From NCBI GenBank assembly GCA_963837785.1, contig CAWIOW010000031.1, forward strand, positions 38,256 through 102,255: 64,000 nt of DNA, in the 5' to 3' direction. This document shows, in pieces, positions 32,134 through 43,594 of the stretch. The notes beneath the pieces were generated by a model, which did not search any database, was not told the origin of the DNA, and worked only from the letters and a program-made list of their open reading frames with translations. Each line of letters starts with the position of its first letter. Positions within the stretch are counted from its first letter, which is position 1. The position numbers and the translations under genes are program-made. Origin of the DNA: an uncultured Deinococcaceae bacterium. GTDB taxonomy: Bacteria > Deinococcota > Deinococci > Deinococcales > Deinococcaceae.

Positions 32134-32745
32134 CCTAAGATACCTCAGATTTGTAGTTAGGCAGAGAATGGCTTAAGCAGAATAAGAACTATTTTCTCTG
32201 CCCATAAACAAAAGATTATAGGTTTTGTGCGGAATAATATGAGAAATTATGTTATTAAATTAAGATGAGATCCAAAATGGGTGTTTTTGTATTTCCGAAG
32301 AACTCGAAGGATTAAGAAAATTGAAGTTTCTTTCATTGACCGCTAAGATAACGAAGATCAAATTTAAGTGTAAGATTTTTGCAATGAAAAGTTGTCACTT
32401 CTGAGAGAACAAAATCAGTAGTTTGGCGCGCGTAAAACGCAAAAAACCTTCACGTCTAACCCTGTCTTCATGAGAACTCACTCATGAAGTAGAAACCCTA
32501 GCTTTATAAAAGGTTTCTCATCTTAATCATAAATAAGATGTATGGGCGCTTGTCTTTTATTCTCATCAAAATATCTAATTCTCTAATAATATACACATAG
32601 TTTTAAGAAAAGGCTTTTTTTTTGGATTTTGTAACCCCGATTAGGGTTGGCAACGTGCAGGAATTCACATTCTACTCACCAGTTATGCCTACGGTACATA
32701 TAGGCAACGGGTGAAATGTACCCGTCCATTCTTAAGGAGAACATC

Positions 32746-33957
32746 ATGCGCAAATCTTTACTTCTCGTTTCTACTATCGCTTTAAGCCTCGGTTTTGCTG
32801 GTGCTCAAGCAGTTACTCTTACTGATGTTCCTGCTGGTCACTGGGCCAAAGAAGGCGTAGACAAAGCCGTTCAGTGCGGTCTTATTCTTGGCTTTCCTGA
32901 CAAGACTTTCCGTGGTAATGAAAACTTAACTCGCTACCAAGCTGCTCTTATTTTCTACCGCCTCTTGCAAAATGGCGCTTTAAGCGGCTGTGGTATGGGC
33001 GACACCGATATGTCTGCCATCACCAAAGGTATGCAAGAAGTCAGCACTGAATTGGCTGCTATTGCTAACCGCGTTACGGCTCTAGAAACCCTAAGCGCTG
33101 ATCAACAAGCCCGTATTGCTGCGCTTGAAGATAAGATCAACGCCATGCCTACCGATGGTACTGGTACCACTGCTAGCACTGATACCGCTGCATTGGACGC
33201 ACTAACTGCCCGCGTTGAAGCTTTAGAAGCAGCTATTGCTAACATCCCAGCAGGCCCAGTTGGCCCACAAGGCCCAGCAGGCCCACAAGGCCCAGCAGGT
33301 ATCCAAGGCCCAGCAGGCGTAACTGGAACCACTGGTACAACTGGTGGCACCACCATTATTGGCACCACTCCTGTTAACCCAGTTAAGCCTCCAGTTATTA
33401 TTGGCGGAAATGGCTCTGGTAGCACTAGCACGGGTATCATTCCTACTAAGGTTTCGGCTAATAACTTTTATGCAGGTGTTAATTTGGGCGCAACCGCTAC
33501 CAATTACAGCAACAATGCTTGCCTTGATCTAACCAATAGCAGTAAAGCTGTTGGCTTCTGCGTTGATGCTGGCCTTGTCGTTGGCGCCAAAAACCTTGTT
33601 GGCCCTCTAGGTGTTCAAATTGCTGCCAACTACCAACCCGCTCGGAATGCTATTCATACTGATGCCAACTTGATTTATGCTCTAGATACTGGCAGCAATC
33701 TATCCCCATATGTTGGTGTTGGTATTGGTGCAACCATGGGTAACCCAATTAGTGGTACAACAACAGCTACCGACCTCTATGCTAACGGCCTAGCTGGTGT
33801 GGACTACAGCTTAACCAACAGCTTAGGTTTGTTTGGCGAAGTAGACGCTCGTTACTACCTTAGCAACAAGGGCTATGGTACTGGCTTAAGCACTAGTAGT
33901 ACTGTTACCAGCGGCCTTAACTACGGCGGCAAATTCGGCGTTAAGTTCTCCTTCTAA
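32746..33957 (+). CDS. S-layer homology (SLH) domain protein with coiled coil, collagen-like linker and C-terminal beta-barrel
   Basis: Signal peptide, DVPAGHWA..GFPDKTFRG..TRYQAA, GPQGPA repeats and terminal KFSF; AAGGAG RBS. Confidence 0.9.
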   Translation: MRKSLLLVSTIALSLGFAGAQAVTLTDVPAGHWAKEGVDKAVQCGLILGFPDKTFRGNENLTRYQAALIFYRLLQNGALSGCGMGDTDMSAITKGMQEVSTELAAIANRVTALETLSADQQARIAALEDKINAMPTDGTGTTASTDTAALDALTARVEALEAAIANIPAGPVGPQGPAGPQGPAGIQGPAGVTGTTGTTGGTTIIGTTPVNPVKPPVIIGGNGSGSTSTGIIPTKVSANNFYAGVNLGATATNYSNNACLDLTNSSKAVGFCVDAGLVVGAKNLVGPLGVQIAANYQPARNAIHTDANLIYALDTGSNLSPYVGVGIGATMGNPISGTTTATDLYANGLAGVDYSLTNSLGLFGEVDARYYLSNKGYGTGLSTSSTVTSGLNYGGKFGVKFSF

Positions 33958-34006
33958 ACCTATCTAAACTTATTTGCCAAATAAACTTGGCATATAGATT
34001 TAAATT

Positions 34007-34035
34007 AAAGGCCCTCTGAAAAGGGGGTCTTTTTT
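34007..34035 (+). terminator. Intrinsic terminator
   Basis: AAAGGCCCTCT-GAAA-AGGGGGTCTTTTTT. Confidence 0.8.
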
Positions 34036-34176
34036 AATTAGTTTTTAATTAGTTTTTGACTGGTGTGGGTATGCTGGCTTTTTATGCTCTGCTAGACAGT
34101 TTTTGCAGCATAGGCTTGATTTTCAAGATTCAATCTCCTACAATTACGCCATAAACGTAATGTCCTAAAGGATTTA

Positions 34177-35529
34177 TTGATGACCCTCAACTCTGAAACA
34201 ATTTTGGCCCTTGCTACCGACGCCGGAAGCTTAAGCAATGGAAAGAAGTTGGCAACCCCAAGTAAGTGGCCCAGCTTAAATGTTCTAAGCAATGTACTTT
34301 GGGGTGAGTGCCAAGGCAGTGGTAAAAATCCTTATTTGGTGGCCGTAGATTTAAACGGCTTGGTTGTTAAGTGTAGTTGTCCTAGCCGCAAGTTTCCTTG
34401 TAAGCATGGCCTTGCTTTAATGCTGCTTTTTGTTTCGCACGCCGATAAATTTGGCAGTAAAGACGCCCCAGAAAGCATAAAAACATGGTTAGCGGGCCGC
34501 GAAGAAAGGGCGCAGAAGGCCGACATAGCTACGATGGAAAATGCGGAAGGCAAAGCTGCACCCAACCCTGTAGCACAAGCCAAGCGCCGCGCTGCCCGTG
34601 AAAAGAAGGTAAGTGACGGTTTGGCTTTGCTGCACATCTTTTTAAAAGACCTAGTGCGCGATGGTTTATCGGTGGCGGCAACCCGTTCCTATAGAGAATG
34701 GGATAATTTGGCAGCCCGCTTAATAGATTCACAGGCGGTGGGTGTGGCGCGGCAAGTACGGCAAATCCCCAAGTTTTTAACTGATTTTGCTGAGTTGCTA
34801 GCGCACTTGGGTAAGTTGGCCTTAATTTGTGAAGGCTGGAGCAACCGCGAAAATCTTTCTGCTGACGAACAAGCCGACTTGCGTACTACGATTGGGTTTC
34901 CCTTAGATCAGGCTGGTTTGTTGCTAGAAGACGGTATTAAGACCCGCTGGCACGTACTAGGCCAAGCTTTGCTAACAGAAGACCTTTTGATGATTCGCCG
35001 CACATGGTTACGCCGTGAAAGCCTTGCCCAAAGTAGTGGCCCCGAAATGGCACTTATTTTAGAATTTTCTGGTTTAGGCCAAGCAATGTCGGCGGCCTTG
35101 GTGGTGGGTAGTTACCTAGAAGCTGAACTCTGTTTTGCGCCGTCTGCTTACCCACAACGCGCCGTATTAAAGGGCATTCCTCAACAACTTGAACCAGCTA
35201 AAGACTTAAGTATTTTGGGCGAACCTATGTCGCTAGAGGCTATGCTGAGCGCTCACGCCGACGCTTTGGCGGTTAATCCTTGGCTAGAACGGGCTGGTTA
35301 TGTGGTGGGTTTGGTTCAATTGGGCCTGACTACTACGGCTGCTTTTGTGGTTAATACAGAAGGCCAAAGCTTGCCTGTTGCGGCTTCGTCAGACACCTTA
35401 TTTACATACCTTGCCCTAAGTGGTGGGCACCCTATTAATATTTTTGCTGAATGGGATGGGCAATCTTTATTATTGCTAAGCATGGAAGTAAAAGGGCAGT
35501 GGATACCTTTGCGGGGGCAATATGAGTGA
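34177..35529 (+). CDS. SWIM zinc-finger protein (YehQ-like)
   Basis: LWGECQGSGKNPY and CSCPSRKFPCKH. Confidence 0.88.
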   Translation: MMTLNSETILALATDAGSLSNGKKLATPSKWPSLNVLSNVLWGECQGSGKNPYLVAVDLNGLVVKCSCPSRKFPCKHGLALMLLFVSHADKFGSKDAPESIKTWLAGREERAQKADIATMENAEGKAAPNPVAQAKRRAAREKKVSDGLALLHIFLKDLVRDGLSVAATRSYREWDNLAARLIDSQAVGVARQVRQIPKFLTDFAELLAHLGKLALICEGWSNRENLSADEQADLRTTIGFPLDQAGLLLEDGIKTRWHVLGQALLTEDLLMIRRTWLRRESLAQSSGPEMALILEFSGLGQAMSAALVVGSYLEAELCFAPSAYPQRAVLKGIPQQLEPAKDLSILGEPMSLEAMLSAHADALAVNPWLERAGYVVGLVQLGLTTTAAFVVNTEGQSLPVAASSDTLFTYLALSGGHPINIFAEWDGQSLLLLSMEVKGQWIPLRGQYE

Positions 35530-37078
35530 TATTCAAGGTTTGGTAGCTGTGGCGGTTATTGGTACGTTGCGGGGCAAGTTGCCTGTTCATGGGGAAGCTG
35601 GTCAGGGTGAAATTGGTCAGGGTGAAATTGGTCAGGGTGAAGCTGCTTTAGCTGAAACTTTAAATAGTATCGTTAAACCCGACCCAGAAAGCACTTTACT
35701 GGCCCGTGCAGCCATTGCAAGCTTGGCCCAAGTGGCAGGCCAGCAGCCAAAACGGGGCGAGGTTAGTGCTGTTCAAAGCGCCCCACCTGAAACGCTTTCT
35801 GCCGCTCCAGAAGTATTTGCACGGCATTTTGAAACCATTATGGCTCATACTCCTGCCCTGTTGCCAGATGCCCTGTTGCCAGAGTGGTTAAAACTGTGTT
35901 CAGCGGGTAGCTGGCATATTCCACACCGTTTTTTGCCAGTTGTACTGGAATACGCGGCAGGTGGCAGAATAGAAGTGCAAGAAGCCTTGGCCCCTGCTTT
36001 AAGCAAGCGTGGGGCGTGGCTAGCCCAATTAAATCCAAAATGGCGCAGATTAGCCGAGATTGACCTTGAAGTTTGGGAAAAGGCTACCGACGCGGAAAAA
36101 GAAGCCATTATTCGTACCCTTAAAGCACACGATTTAGCCGCCGCTGCCACATGGTTAAACACACACTTTAAAACCGAGCCGACCACCGTGCGTAAGCGCT
36201 TGCTGAACAGCCTTCAAAGAAGTTGGCGGGCTGAAGATGCCCAACTAGAACCGCTGTTAGAGGAGGCTTTAACTGATCGCAGCGCCGATGTGCGAGAAGT
36301 GGCCCGCGTACTATTGCAAGGTATTCCCGCTAGCGCCTATAACACTCGTATGGCGGCCCGTGCAAAAGCGCTGATTTCTACCGAAAAAGCGAGCCTGCTA
36401 GACAGGTTAAAAGGCAAGAAAAAATATTTTCTTAATTTGCCAACCATGCCTGATTCTAAGCTTAAGCAAGATGGTCTAATCGAAACTATTCAGGCTGAAA
36501 CCACGCAAGCCAGCCAGCGGCTAGAAGAATTATTGACTAAGACACATTCCCAGCGGCTACTGGAAGAATTAGAGCTAAACCCTAAAACACTTTGCGAATT
36601 GGCCCAACACTTAGATGCCCTAGATGCTTTGGCACGCGGCGCTGTGGCTGTAAGTCACTCAGCTTTGGCGTTGCAACTCTTGCCTTACCTTAAATCCACC
36701 GACCCACAATACCTGCCTTTGCTGCGTATTTTGCCAGAGCAGCAGCGGCTAGAAAAACTGCACGAATTACTAAAAACCGAAAACTATTCAATGATTGGAC
36801 TGTTATTAAGCACTTTGCCCAAGCCTTGGCCTATAGCCGTTAGTAATAGCGTGCTGCAAAAGCTGCTTAACAATAAACAAAGTGAAAGAAAGTATGATGA
36901 GACCAATTGGGACGCTGTTTCAAGGTTGGCAGAGGTGGGCATGCACCCAGACACTACTTTTTCAATTGAAGAGCTGTCTCATATTACCGATTATGCCTAT
37001 CTGCTGCTCATTAATTTGCACACTACAACAGAATTACGCGCCCAAATATACGCCGATTTTAAGGCAGCGCGGGTATGA
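35522..37078 (+). CDS. DUF5691-like helical-repeat protein
   Basis: AVIGT, LLPEWL, RGAWLAQLNPKW and LEEALTDRS..VR motifs; position within the SWIM-AAA-VWA cluster. Confidence 0.75.
   Translation: MSDIQGLVAVAVIGTLRGKLPVHGEAGQGEIGQGEIGQGEAALAETLNSIVKPDPESTLLARAAIASLAQVAGQQPKRGEVSAVQSAPPETLSAAPEVFARHFETIMAHTPALLPDALLPEWLKLCSAGSWHIPHRFLPVVLEYAAGGRIEVQEALAPALSKRGAWLAQLNPKWRRLAEIDLEVWEKATDAEKEAIIRTLKAHDLAAAATWLNTHFKTEPTTVRKRLLNSLQRSWRAEDAQLEPLLEEALTDRSADVREVARVLLQGIPASAYNTRMAARAKALISTEKASLLDRLKGKKKYFLNLPTMPDSKLKQDGLIETIQAETTQASQRLEELLTKTHSQRLLEELELNPKTLCELAQHLDALDALARGAVAVSHSALALQLLPYLKSTDPQYLPLLRILPEQQRLEKLHELLKTENYSMIGLLLSTLPKPWPIAVSNSVLQKLLNNKQSERKYDETNWDAVSRLAEVGMHPDTTFSIEELSHITDYAYLLLINLHTTTELRAQIYADFKAARV
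35600..35641. repeat. In-frame 15-bp repeat GGTCAGGGTGAAATT (GQGEI) x2.8
   Basis: Read directly; a second 15-bp duplication (PALLP/DALLP) lies at about 35854-35883. Confidence 0.9.
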
Positions 37079-37324
37079 ATGCTGTTTTGACTAAGCAAGA
37101 GCCAATGCTTCGGCCCTCTCTTAATAAAGACGAGCCTACTGAGAAACGTAAACAATATGTCTTAACTTTAATTAAGGGCCAATATGACTCAGAAAATAGA
37201 TAGACAACTAGAACTAAGCAATTACTTAATGAACTTGATGAGATTTTTAGAGATCATAGTGAAATTGTAGATACAGCATGCCATAAATTTTAGCCCTCAA
37301 TCTTTGCTTTTTATAAGGAGACTT

Positions 37325-38428
37325 ATGACACAGATCCCCAATACTTCTACCCAAGATGTTCTTCGCCAACATGCCGAGCAACAATATGCCCACGAGCTTA
37401 GCGCTTTGGCAGAGCAAGATAAAAAGCCTAAGCCGCCGCAGTGGGATCTTAGCCCACATGCTGTTTTAACCTACCTAATGGGCGGAAAACTAAAAGATGG
37501 CACCGAGATAACTGCCAAATACATTGGCGAACGCCGCCTAATGGAAATCGCGGTGGCGACGCTTGCCACAGACCGTGCATTGTTATTGATTGGCGTACCT
37601 GGAACGGCAAAAAGCTGGGTCAGCGAACATCTTGCGGCGGCTATTTCTGGGGATAGCACTTTGTTAGTTCAAGGCACTGCCGGAACCAGCGAAGAAAGCA
37701 TTCGCTACGGCTGGAATTACGCCCGCTTGTTAGCAGAAGGGCCATCTGAAGCGGCGCTAGTAGAAAGCCCGATTATGCGGGCCATGCGAACGGGGAAAAT
37801 TGCCCGCCTAGAAGAACTTACCCGCGTACAAAGCGACGTACAAGACGCTCTTATTACCGTGCTATCCGAAAAAACTTTGCCTGTGCCAGAACTAAATACA
37901 GAAGTGCAGGCCATTCGTGGCTTTAACATTATTGCTACAGCCAACAACCGCGACAAAGGCGTAAATGACCTGTCTAGCGCCCTTAAACGCCGTTTTAATA
38001 CAGTGATATTGCCCGTGCCTGATAGCCTAGAGGACGAAGTAAAAATTGTAACCCAGCGCGTGCAACAGCTTGCCGCTGGACTGCAAATCCCCGCCGCGCC
38101 CCCAGCCCTAGAAGAAGTGCGCCGCATTGTGATGGTGTTCCGTGAACTTCGTGCAGGTGTGACCGAAGACGGCAAAACTAAAATTAAAAGCCCCAGCGGA
38201 AGCATGAGTACCGCCGAAGCTATAAGTGTGGTGAATCATGGCCTTAGCCTTGCCGCGCACTTTGGAGATGGCAATTTAAACGCCAGAGACGTTGCCGCTA
38301 GCCTTGTGGGGGCCGTTATTAAAGACCCTGTGCAAGATGGTGTAATTTGGCGCGAATACCTAGAAACGGTAGCCAAAAAACGTGATGACTGGAAAGATTT
38401 GTATAAAGCATGTAGGGCAGTAAGTTAA
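37325..38428 (+). CDS. MoxR-type AAA+ ATPase (YehL-like)
   Basis: GVPGTAKS, LEELTR and TANNRDKGVNDLSSALKRRF; AAGGAG RBS before MTQIP. Confidence 0.92.
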   Translation: MTQIPNTSTQDVLRQHAEQQYAHELSALAEQDKKPKPPQWDLSPHAVLTYLMGGKLKDGTEITAKYIGERRLMEIAVATLATDRALLLIGVPGTAKSWVSEHLAAAISGDSTLLVQGTAGTSEESIRYGWNYARLLAEGPSEAALVESPIMRAMRTGKIARLEELTRVQSDVQDALITVLSEKTLPVPELNTEVQAIRGFNIIATANNRDKGVNDLSSALKRRFNTVILPVPDSLEDEVKIVTQRVQQLAAGLQIPAAPPALEEVRRIVMVFRELRAGVTEDGKTKIKSPSGSMSTAEAISVVNHGLSLAAHFGDGNLNARDVAASLVGAVIKDPVQDGVIWREYLETVAKKRDDWKDLYKACRAVS

Positions 38429-38600
38429 ATAAATTTATCTTAAATTAAAAATTAACTTTAACCCTTTGTTCAGTGTATTTACGCAAAAATTTCCGCAATG
38501 CTGCTGCGTACACCTCGCTTCGGCTACCTTAAAATTTTGGTCATTCAGGGAAACCGCCGTTTCCATGCCAAAAGTATAATCCAGTTATACCCAGTAGGAG

Positions 38601-38798
38601 ATGAGTATGCGAAGTGTTTATTTGAGTGTTTATTTGAGTGTTTATTTGAGTGTTTATTTGAGAGTTAACTTAGCCGTTTTACTCAATGCGGCGGCTATAA
38701 CTGCTTGCTTTGGCATAATTTGGCTGGTATTACGATTTGAGACTTTTATAAATAAAGAATTGAGCAGTTTAAATAAAATAAAGAGTAATTTTTTATGA
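38601..38798 (+). CDS. Possible small membrane protein
   Basis: AGGAG RBS, one hydrophobic segment, and ATGA overlap with the next gene. Confidence 0.35.
   Translation: MSMRSVYLSVYLSVYLSVYLRVNLAVLLNAAAITACFGIIWLVLRFETFINKELSSLNKIKSNFL
38613..38660. repeat. Tandem repeat AGTGTTTATTTG x4 (12 bp; SVYL)
   Basis: Read directly from the sequence. Confidence 0.95.
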
Positions 38799-41116
38799 TT
38801 TCTATTTTTCCTATTCGTCATCACGGCCCCGGTTCGGCGCGTTCACTGCAAAAAGCACTAGAAAAGCTTAGGCCCGATATTGTACTTATTGAAGGCCCAG
38901 CCGACGCCGACCCCGTTATTCCGTTTTTATCGCACCCACAATTAAAGCCGCCAGTGGCACTTTTGGCTTATGTTAATGACAATCCTGCTAGGGCTGCTTT
39001 TTGGCCTTTTGCGGTTTTTAGTCCGGAATTTGTGGCATTTCAATGGGCGGCACAGGCTAGCAAAGTGGCGCGTTTTATGGACTTGCCTGCTAGTGCCACT
39101 TTAGGCATAAGCAAGCCCGACCCAGACAGTGCTAATTCAGACAGTGCTAATTCAGACAGTGCTAATTCAGACAGTGCTAATTCAGACAGTGTTAATTCAG
39201 ATGATGAACTGCGTGCCGACCCTATGCAGGTTTTGGCACAGGCGGCAGGGTACAGCGATTTTGAGTGCTGGTGGGAAACGTTGGTAGAAGCACGCGGGGA
39301 CGATACAGACGTATTCGCGGCGATTTTGGAGGCCATGCAAGAACTACGGGCCACCTCCAAAACGCTTACATTGCGCGAAGCCCAGCGTGAGGCGCACATG
39401 CGCGGGGCTATACGGGCGGCCCAAAAAGAAGGATTTATCAATATTGCTGTGGTTTGCGGGGCATGGCATTCGCCTGCGCTGGATGTAGAAGCATTTAAGG
39501 TGAAAGACGACACTGCGCTGCTAAAAGGGCTGCCTAAAGCCAAAGTAACCCTAACTTGGGTGCCTTGGACACATGGGCGATTGGCAAATATCAGCGCGGG
39601 AGAGTGGCAGTACGGCGCGGGGGTGCGCTCGCCAGGGTATTACCACCACCTTTTTATTACGCCAAAGGAGGTAACTGAGCGGTGGTTTGTACGTGTGGCG
39701 CGGCTCTTGCGTGATGAAAAACTAGAAGCCAGCAGCGCCAGCGTGATAGAGGCAACCCGCCTAGCCAATACCCTTGCAGCCCTTCGTGGACGCACTCTTG
39801 CTGGACTAGATGAACTAAACGAGGCCGCCCTAAGTGTGTTTGGCTGGGACAGTGACCTTCCGCTAAGGCTTATCTCCGAAAAACTGATTGTGGGTGAGGC
39901 TTTAGGCCGAGTACCCGACGACACGCCCACCGTGCCACTGGCCCAAGACTTAAGCAAGCAACAGAAAAAACTGCGCTTAAAGGTTCAAACCGAGCAGCTT
40001 AAATTAGAGCTAGACCTGAGAACCGACAATGATTTGGCGCGAAGTACGCTGTTTTATCGCCTTAATTTGCTGGGCATAGCCTGGGCCAACCAGCGGTACA
40101 GCAGTGGGCAGGGCACTTATAAAGAAGCCTGGGCACTCACTTGGAAACCCGAAATGAGCGTGCAAGTAGTAGAGGCCAGCCTCTATGGTCAGACTGTAGA
40201 GCAAGCCGCTAGCGCACAGGCCAGCGAAACGGCCCGCCGTAGCCAGTCTCTAATTGAACTTAGCAAACTACTAGAAATTATTCGTTATGCCGACCTGACC
40301 GCAGCCTTGCCTACCGCGCTAGATTCCTTAAATGCTCGCGCCGCCCAAAGCGCCGATGTCAGCGATTTGTTGGAAGCCTTGCCGCCGCTGGCCCGCCTTT
40401 CTCGCTATGGGGATGTGCGCAGGCGCAACGCTGGGGCGAGTGAGCAAATTAATAACGCTATCAATAACGCTATCAATAACGCTACCGATAACGCGACTGC
40501 CACCGCTTTAGCGTTACTTACACGCGCCTGTGTGGGCTTGCCTATTGCCGCCATTGGTTTGAGCGACACCGCTGCCGAAGTGTTGCAAAAGGCTGTAGCG
40601 AATGCTGATGCTGCCGTACATTTGCTAGCCAATGCCGACGCCCTAGCCGAATGGCAAGAAGCCCTGCAACACCTAGCCGATAGGGAAGACACTCACCCCT
40701 TACTAAACGGCGACGCTACCCGCAGGCTACGCGACGCCCAAAAATTAAATACAGATGAACTAGAACGCCGTATGGCTTTGGCCTTGGCTGCAAGTCATCC
40801 CCCGCTAGAAGTTACGGCTTGGTTAGACGGGTTTTTGGGCAAAAATGGTGACCTGCTTATTCATGATAAGACCCTGCTATCCTTAATAGACGGCTGGCTT
40901 AGCTTTCTTGATCCCGAAACTTTTCAAGAAGCATTGCCACTCTTAAGGCGAACCTTTTCGCGCTTTGCCAAAGCTGAACGTAGGGCTATTGGGGAAAATT
41001 TAAAAGGTGGCAGCCTAAATATTAAGGCTGTGCAAAACGAGCTACACGCACAGCGGGCCATGCGAGTGGTGCCGATAGCCTTAAGAATACTGGGAATAGC
41101 CAAGCTAGAAAAATGA
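38795..41116 (+). CDS. DUF5682 family protein (YehM-like)
   Basis: Motifs IRHHGPGSA, LIEGP, FSPE, REAHM and VVCGAWH. Confidence 0.88.
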   Translation: MISIFPIRHHGPGSARSLQKALEKLRPDIVLIEGPADADPVIPFLSHPQLKPPVALLAYVNDNPARAAFWPFAVFSPEFVAFQWAAQASKVARFMDLPASATLGISKPDPDSANSDSANSDSANSDSANSDSVNSDDELRADPMQVLAQAAGYSDFECWWETLVEARGDDTDVFAAILEAMQELRATSKTLTLREAQREAHMRGAIRAAQKEGFINIAVVCGAWHSPALDVEAFKVKDDTALLKGLPKAKVTLTWVPWTHGRLANISAGEWQYGAGVRSPGYYHHLFITPKEVTERWFVRVARLLRDEKLEASSASVIEATRLANTLAALRGRTLAGLDELNEAALSVFGWDSDLPLRLISEKLIVGEALGRVPDDTPTVPLAQDLSKQQKKLRLKVQTEQLKLELDLRTDNDLARSTLFYRLNLLGIAWANQRYSSGQGTYKEAWALTWKPEMSVQVVEASLYGQTVEQAASAQASETARRSQSLIELSKLLEIIRYADLTAALPTALDSLNARAAQSADVSDLLEALPPLARLSRYGDVRRRNAGASEQINNAINNAINNATDNATATALALLTRACVGLPIAAIGLSDTAAEVLQKAVANADAAVHLLANADALAEWQEALQHLADREDTHPLLNGDATRRLRDAQKLNTDELERRMALALAASHPPLEVTAWLDGFLGKNGDLLIHDKTLLSLIDGWLSFLDPETFQEALPLLRRTFSRFAKAERRAIGENLKGGSLNIKAVQNELHAQRAMRVVPIALRILGIAKLEK
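39123..39201. repeat. In-frame 15-bp repeat CAGACAGTGCTAATT (DSANS) x5
   Basis: Read directly; the last copy is DSVNS. Confidence 0.96.
40451..40486. repeat. In-frame 12-bp repeat AATAACGCTATC (NNAI) x3
   Basis: Read directly from the sequence. Confidence 0.88.
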
Positions 41117-41596
41117 TAGAAGGTTGTTAAATTTGATGAATAATGATGGAATTTATAAGATTATTTAAAGATTAAGCTAAGATAGTTGATATATTTGCTG
41201 TGGATTTTAATCTACTCTAAAGTTAATCAAAGTATTTTGGCGGAGATGTAGACTCTTTAAATGGGCCTCATTGCTGAAATCTGCGACCAAAGTGGAGCGT
41301 AATACTATTTTTCTGTGCCCGATAGTTTCCCTCAAAGTAGATTCCCTCAAAGGACTGTGGTTTTAGTCTGTACTACGCTAAAAATGATCTTTTGAAGGCT
41401 AAACTTAAGTTTTTGGCTTTTCTCAACTGGATAAACAGCGTTAAACAAATAAAAACACAGTTTATATACTCTTGAGTAATATCTCAACTCATTTTGAGTA
41501 TATTTCTTATTTTTATAAAGGTAATAATTCTGAAATCTACCTATAACTAAGATTATTAAGAAGTATTTGAAAGTTTTTAATTGGAGGATATTGTAG

Positions 41597-43594
41597 ATGA
41601 GTAATATTGCCCATCATTCTAAAACTCATAGGCAAACATCATCTTTGCCGCAAACTAAAGGAAAAGAATGGCAAGGAGCTGCTACGGTATGGATTATTTT
41701 AACTGGTGTAATAGTAGCTCACTTACTTGTATTACTTCAATTTTGGATTTTCCCACAATATTGCTATTTACCAGATAAATGGTTTAGTATTGTTATACTA
41801 TTATGTATGTTTGGCTTGGCTTTAGCCAACCTGATGCATTGGATTACCAAGAAAACGGTATTTTCAATGTTAATTATTATGAATATGGTATTTTTGCTGA
41901 CCAGATTTGGATTTTCTTTATTTGTTGTCGGGAGCATAGGAAAAATTCAAACCGAGCTTTCCACTTTTATGATTTGGTCTTTAACTATACCTATGCTAGC
42001 GGTGAGTGTGAAAGTAACACGCCTTGCCAAGCAGGCAAGTATTGCTCTGCCATTTGTGATATTATTGATGTCACTTGCTTTTTTTGGTTACCACAAATTT
42101 TCGATAAACTCAGAGATATGGTTTGGTCTTATTCAATTAATACTCGTATCTTTTACAGTTCTTCTTTCGGCTCAATCTATTAATAAACTAAGAGCCGCTC
42201 TTAAAAATAGTATAGCTGATAACAATACTTTAAGTTGACTTGCCTTTCAAGACAACTTAACTGGACTAAGAAACCGTGCTTTTTTAGATCAATACCTAGC
42301 TAAGCTTTGTGATAATGATCAGAAACTAGCCGTATTGTTTTTTGATTTAGATGGATTTAAGGCTATTAATGATACCTTGGGCCACGCTACAGGTGATCAG
42401 GTTTTGCGATTGGTAGCAAAGCGATTGACTAATCTTAGCCATCCTATTCTTAGCCATCCTGTAAATTGTATGGCTCGTGTTAGTGGTGATGAATTTGTAG
42501 TGGTTATAGAAGGCCAAACTCATTTAGTAGTAGCCCAGCTTGCTCAAAACATTATTAGCGAATTAGTTATGCCTTTTAGTATAGATGGTAATTTATTGGG
42601 CCTAAGTGCCAGTATGGGAATCTCATTTTTCCCCCAAGATGCTAAAGATGTTCACGAATTATTACTAAGAGCAGACCGTGCTATGTATGAAGTAAAGCGC
42701 AGTGGCAAAAATGGGTTTCAGTTTTATAAGTCAAATCCTACTGTGATAGATGAGCAGCGCCAGTTTTTAGAGCGAGAACTTCGTTTAGCGCAGGTGCGCG
42801 GTGAATTGTCTTTAGAGTTTCAACCTATTTTTAATATGCATGTCGGCGAAACCGTTTGTCTTGAGGCACTGGTACGATGGAAACACGCTCAATTTGGGAA
42901 GATTGAGCCACGGATTTTTATTGCAATAGCCGAAGAATGTGGTCTTATTTCTACCATTGGCGAATGGGTTCTTAAAGAATCTTTGGCTTCTGCAAGGCGT
43001 TGGTGGGATAATGGTTTTAGCCATATTCGGGTTGCTGTAAATGTTTCACTTTTACAACTCATGCAGACCCAATTTGTAGAAGTGGTACGCCTTGCCTTAG
43101 AAGGGGCTAATTTGCCACCAAATGCACTAGAATTAGAAGTTACTGAGGGGATTGACTTACGTGAACGTAGCCAGGTGATGAATACCTTGATTCAATTACA
43201 TGAACTTGGAGTTTTGTTATCACTAGATGACTTTGGTACAGGGTTCGCGTCATTGTCGCACCTTAACGATTTTCCGGTGCAGGTTGTTAAAATCGATAAG
43301 GTCTTTGTTGCCGATTTGGTGGGCACAACCAGCCCCGCCCGTAATCGCTATGTCCGTACTTTAATCGCTGCTATGGTCACAGTGGCTTCAGAATTGGGGT
43401 TAGATTTGGTGGTTGAGGGTATAGAAACCAGAGCGCAATACGAGGAATTGTTATTACTAGGTTGCCGCAGAGGCCAAGGTTATTACTTTTCAAAACCCAT
43501 GCCTGAAGCTGATTTGTTGATGTCGCTTAATCGGCTAAGCTTGGCGGCTGGGAATGTTCTTTGTAATTCAGAAACGACGATGCTTCATTCTTAA
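41597..43594 (+). pseudogene. Membrane GGDEF-EAL protein split by one in-frame TGA (42236-42238)
   Basis: The frame continues past the TGA as LAFQDNLTGLRNR...FFDLDGFK, then SGDEF, EALVRW and DDFGTG. Confidence 0.85.

Noticed and set aside
33253-33318. GPQGPA collagen-like repeat in the SLH protein as part of the repeat phenomenon
   Set aside because: Gly-X-Y linkers are a usual feature of such Deinococcus SLH proteins and are probably selected at the protein level.
38460-38580. Possible small non-coding repeat or ncRNA here and at about 43640-43700
   Set aside because: GC-richer patches with weak hairpins, but no second copy or recognisable family in the window.
42236-42238. Selenocysteine or alternative genetic code at the in-frame TGA
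   Set aside because: The position is not a catalytic Cys site, no SECIS-like hairpin is evident, and TGA is used as a normal stop elsewhere in the window.
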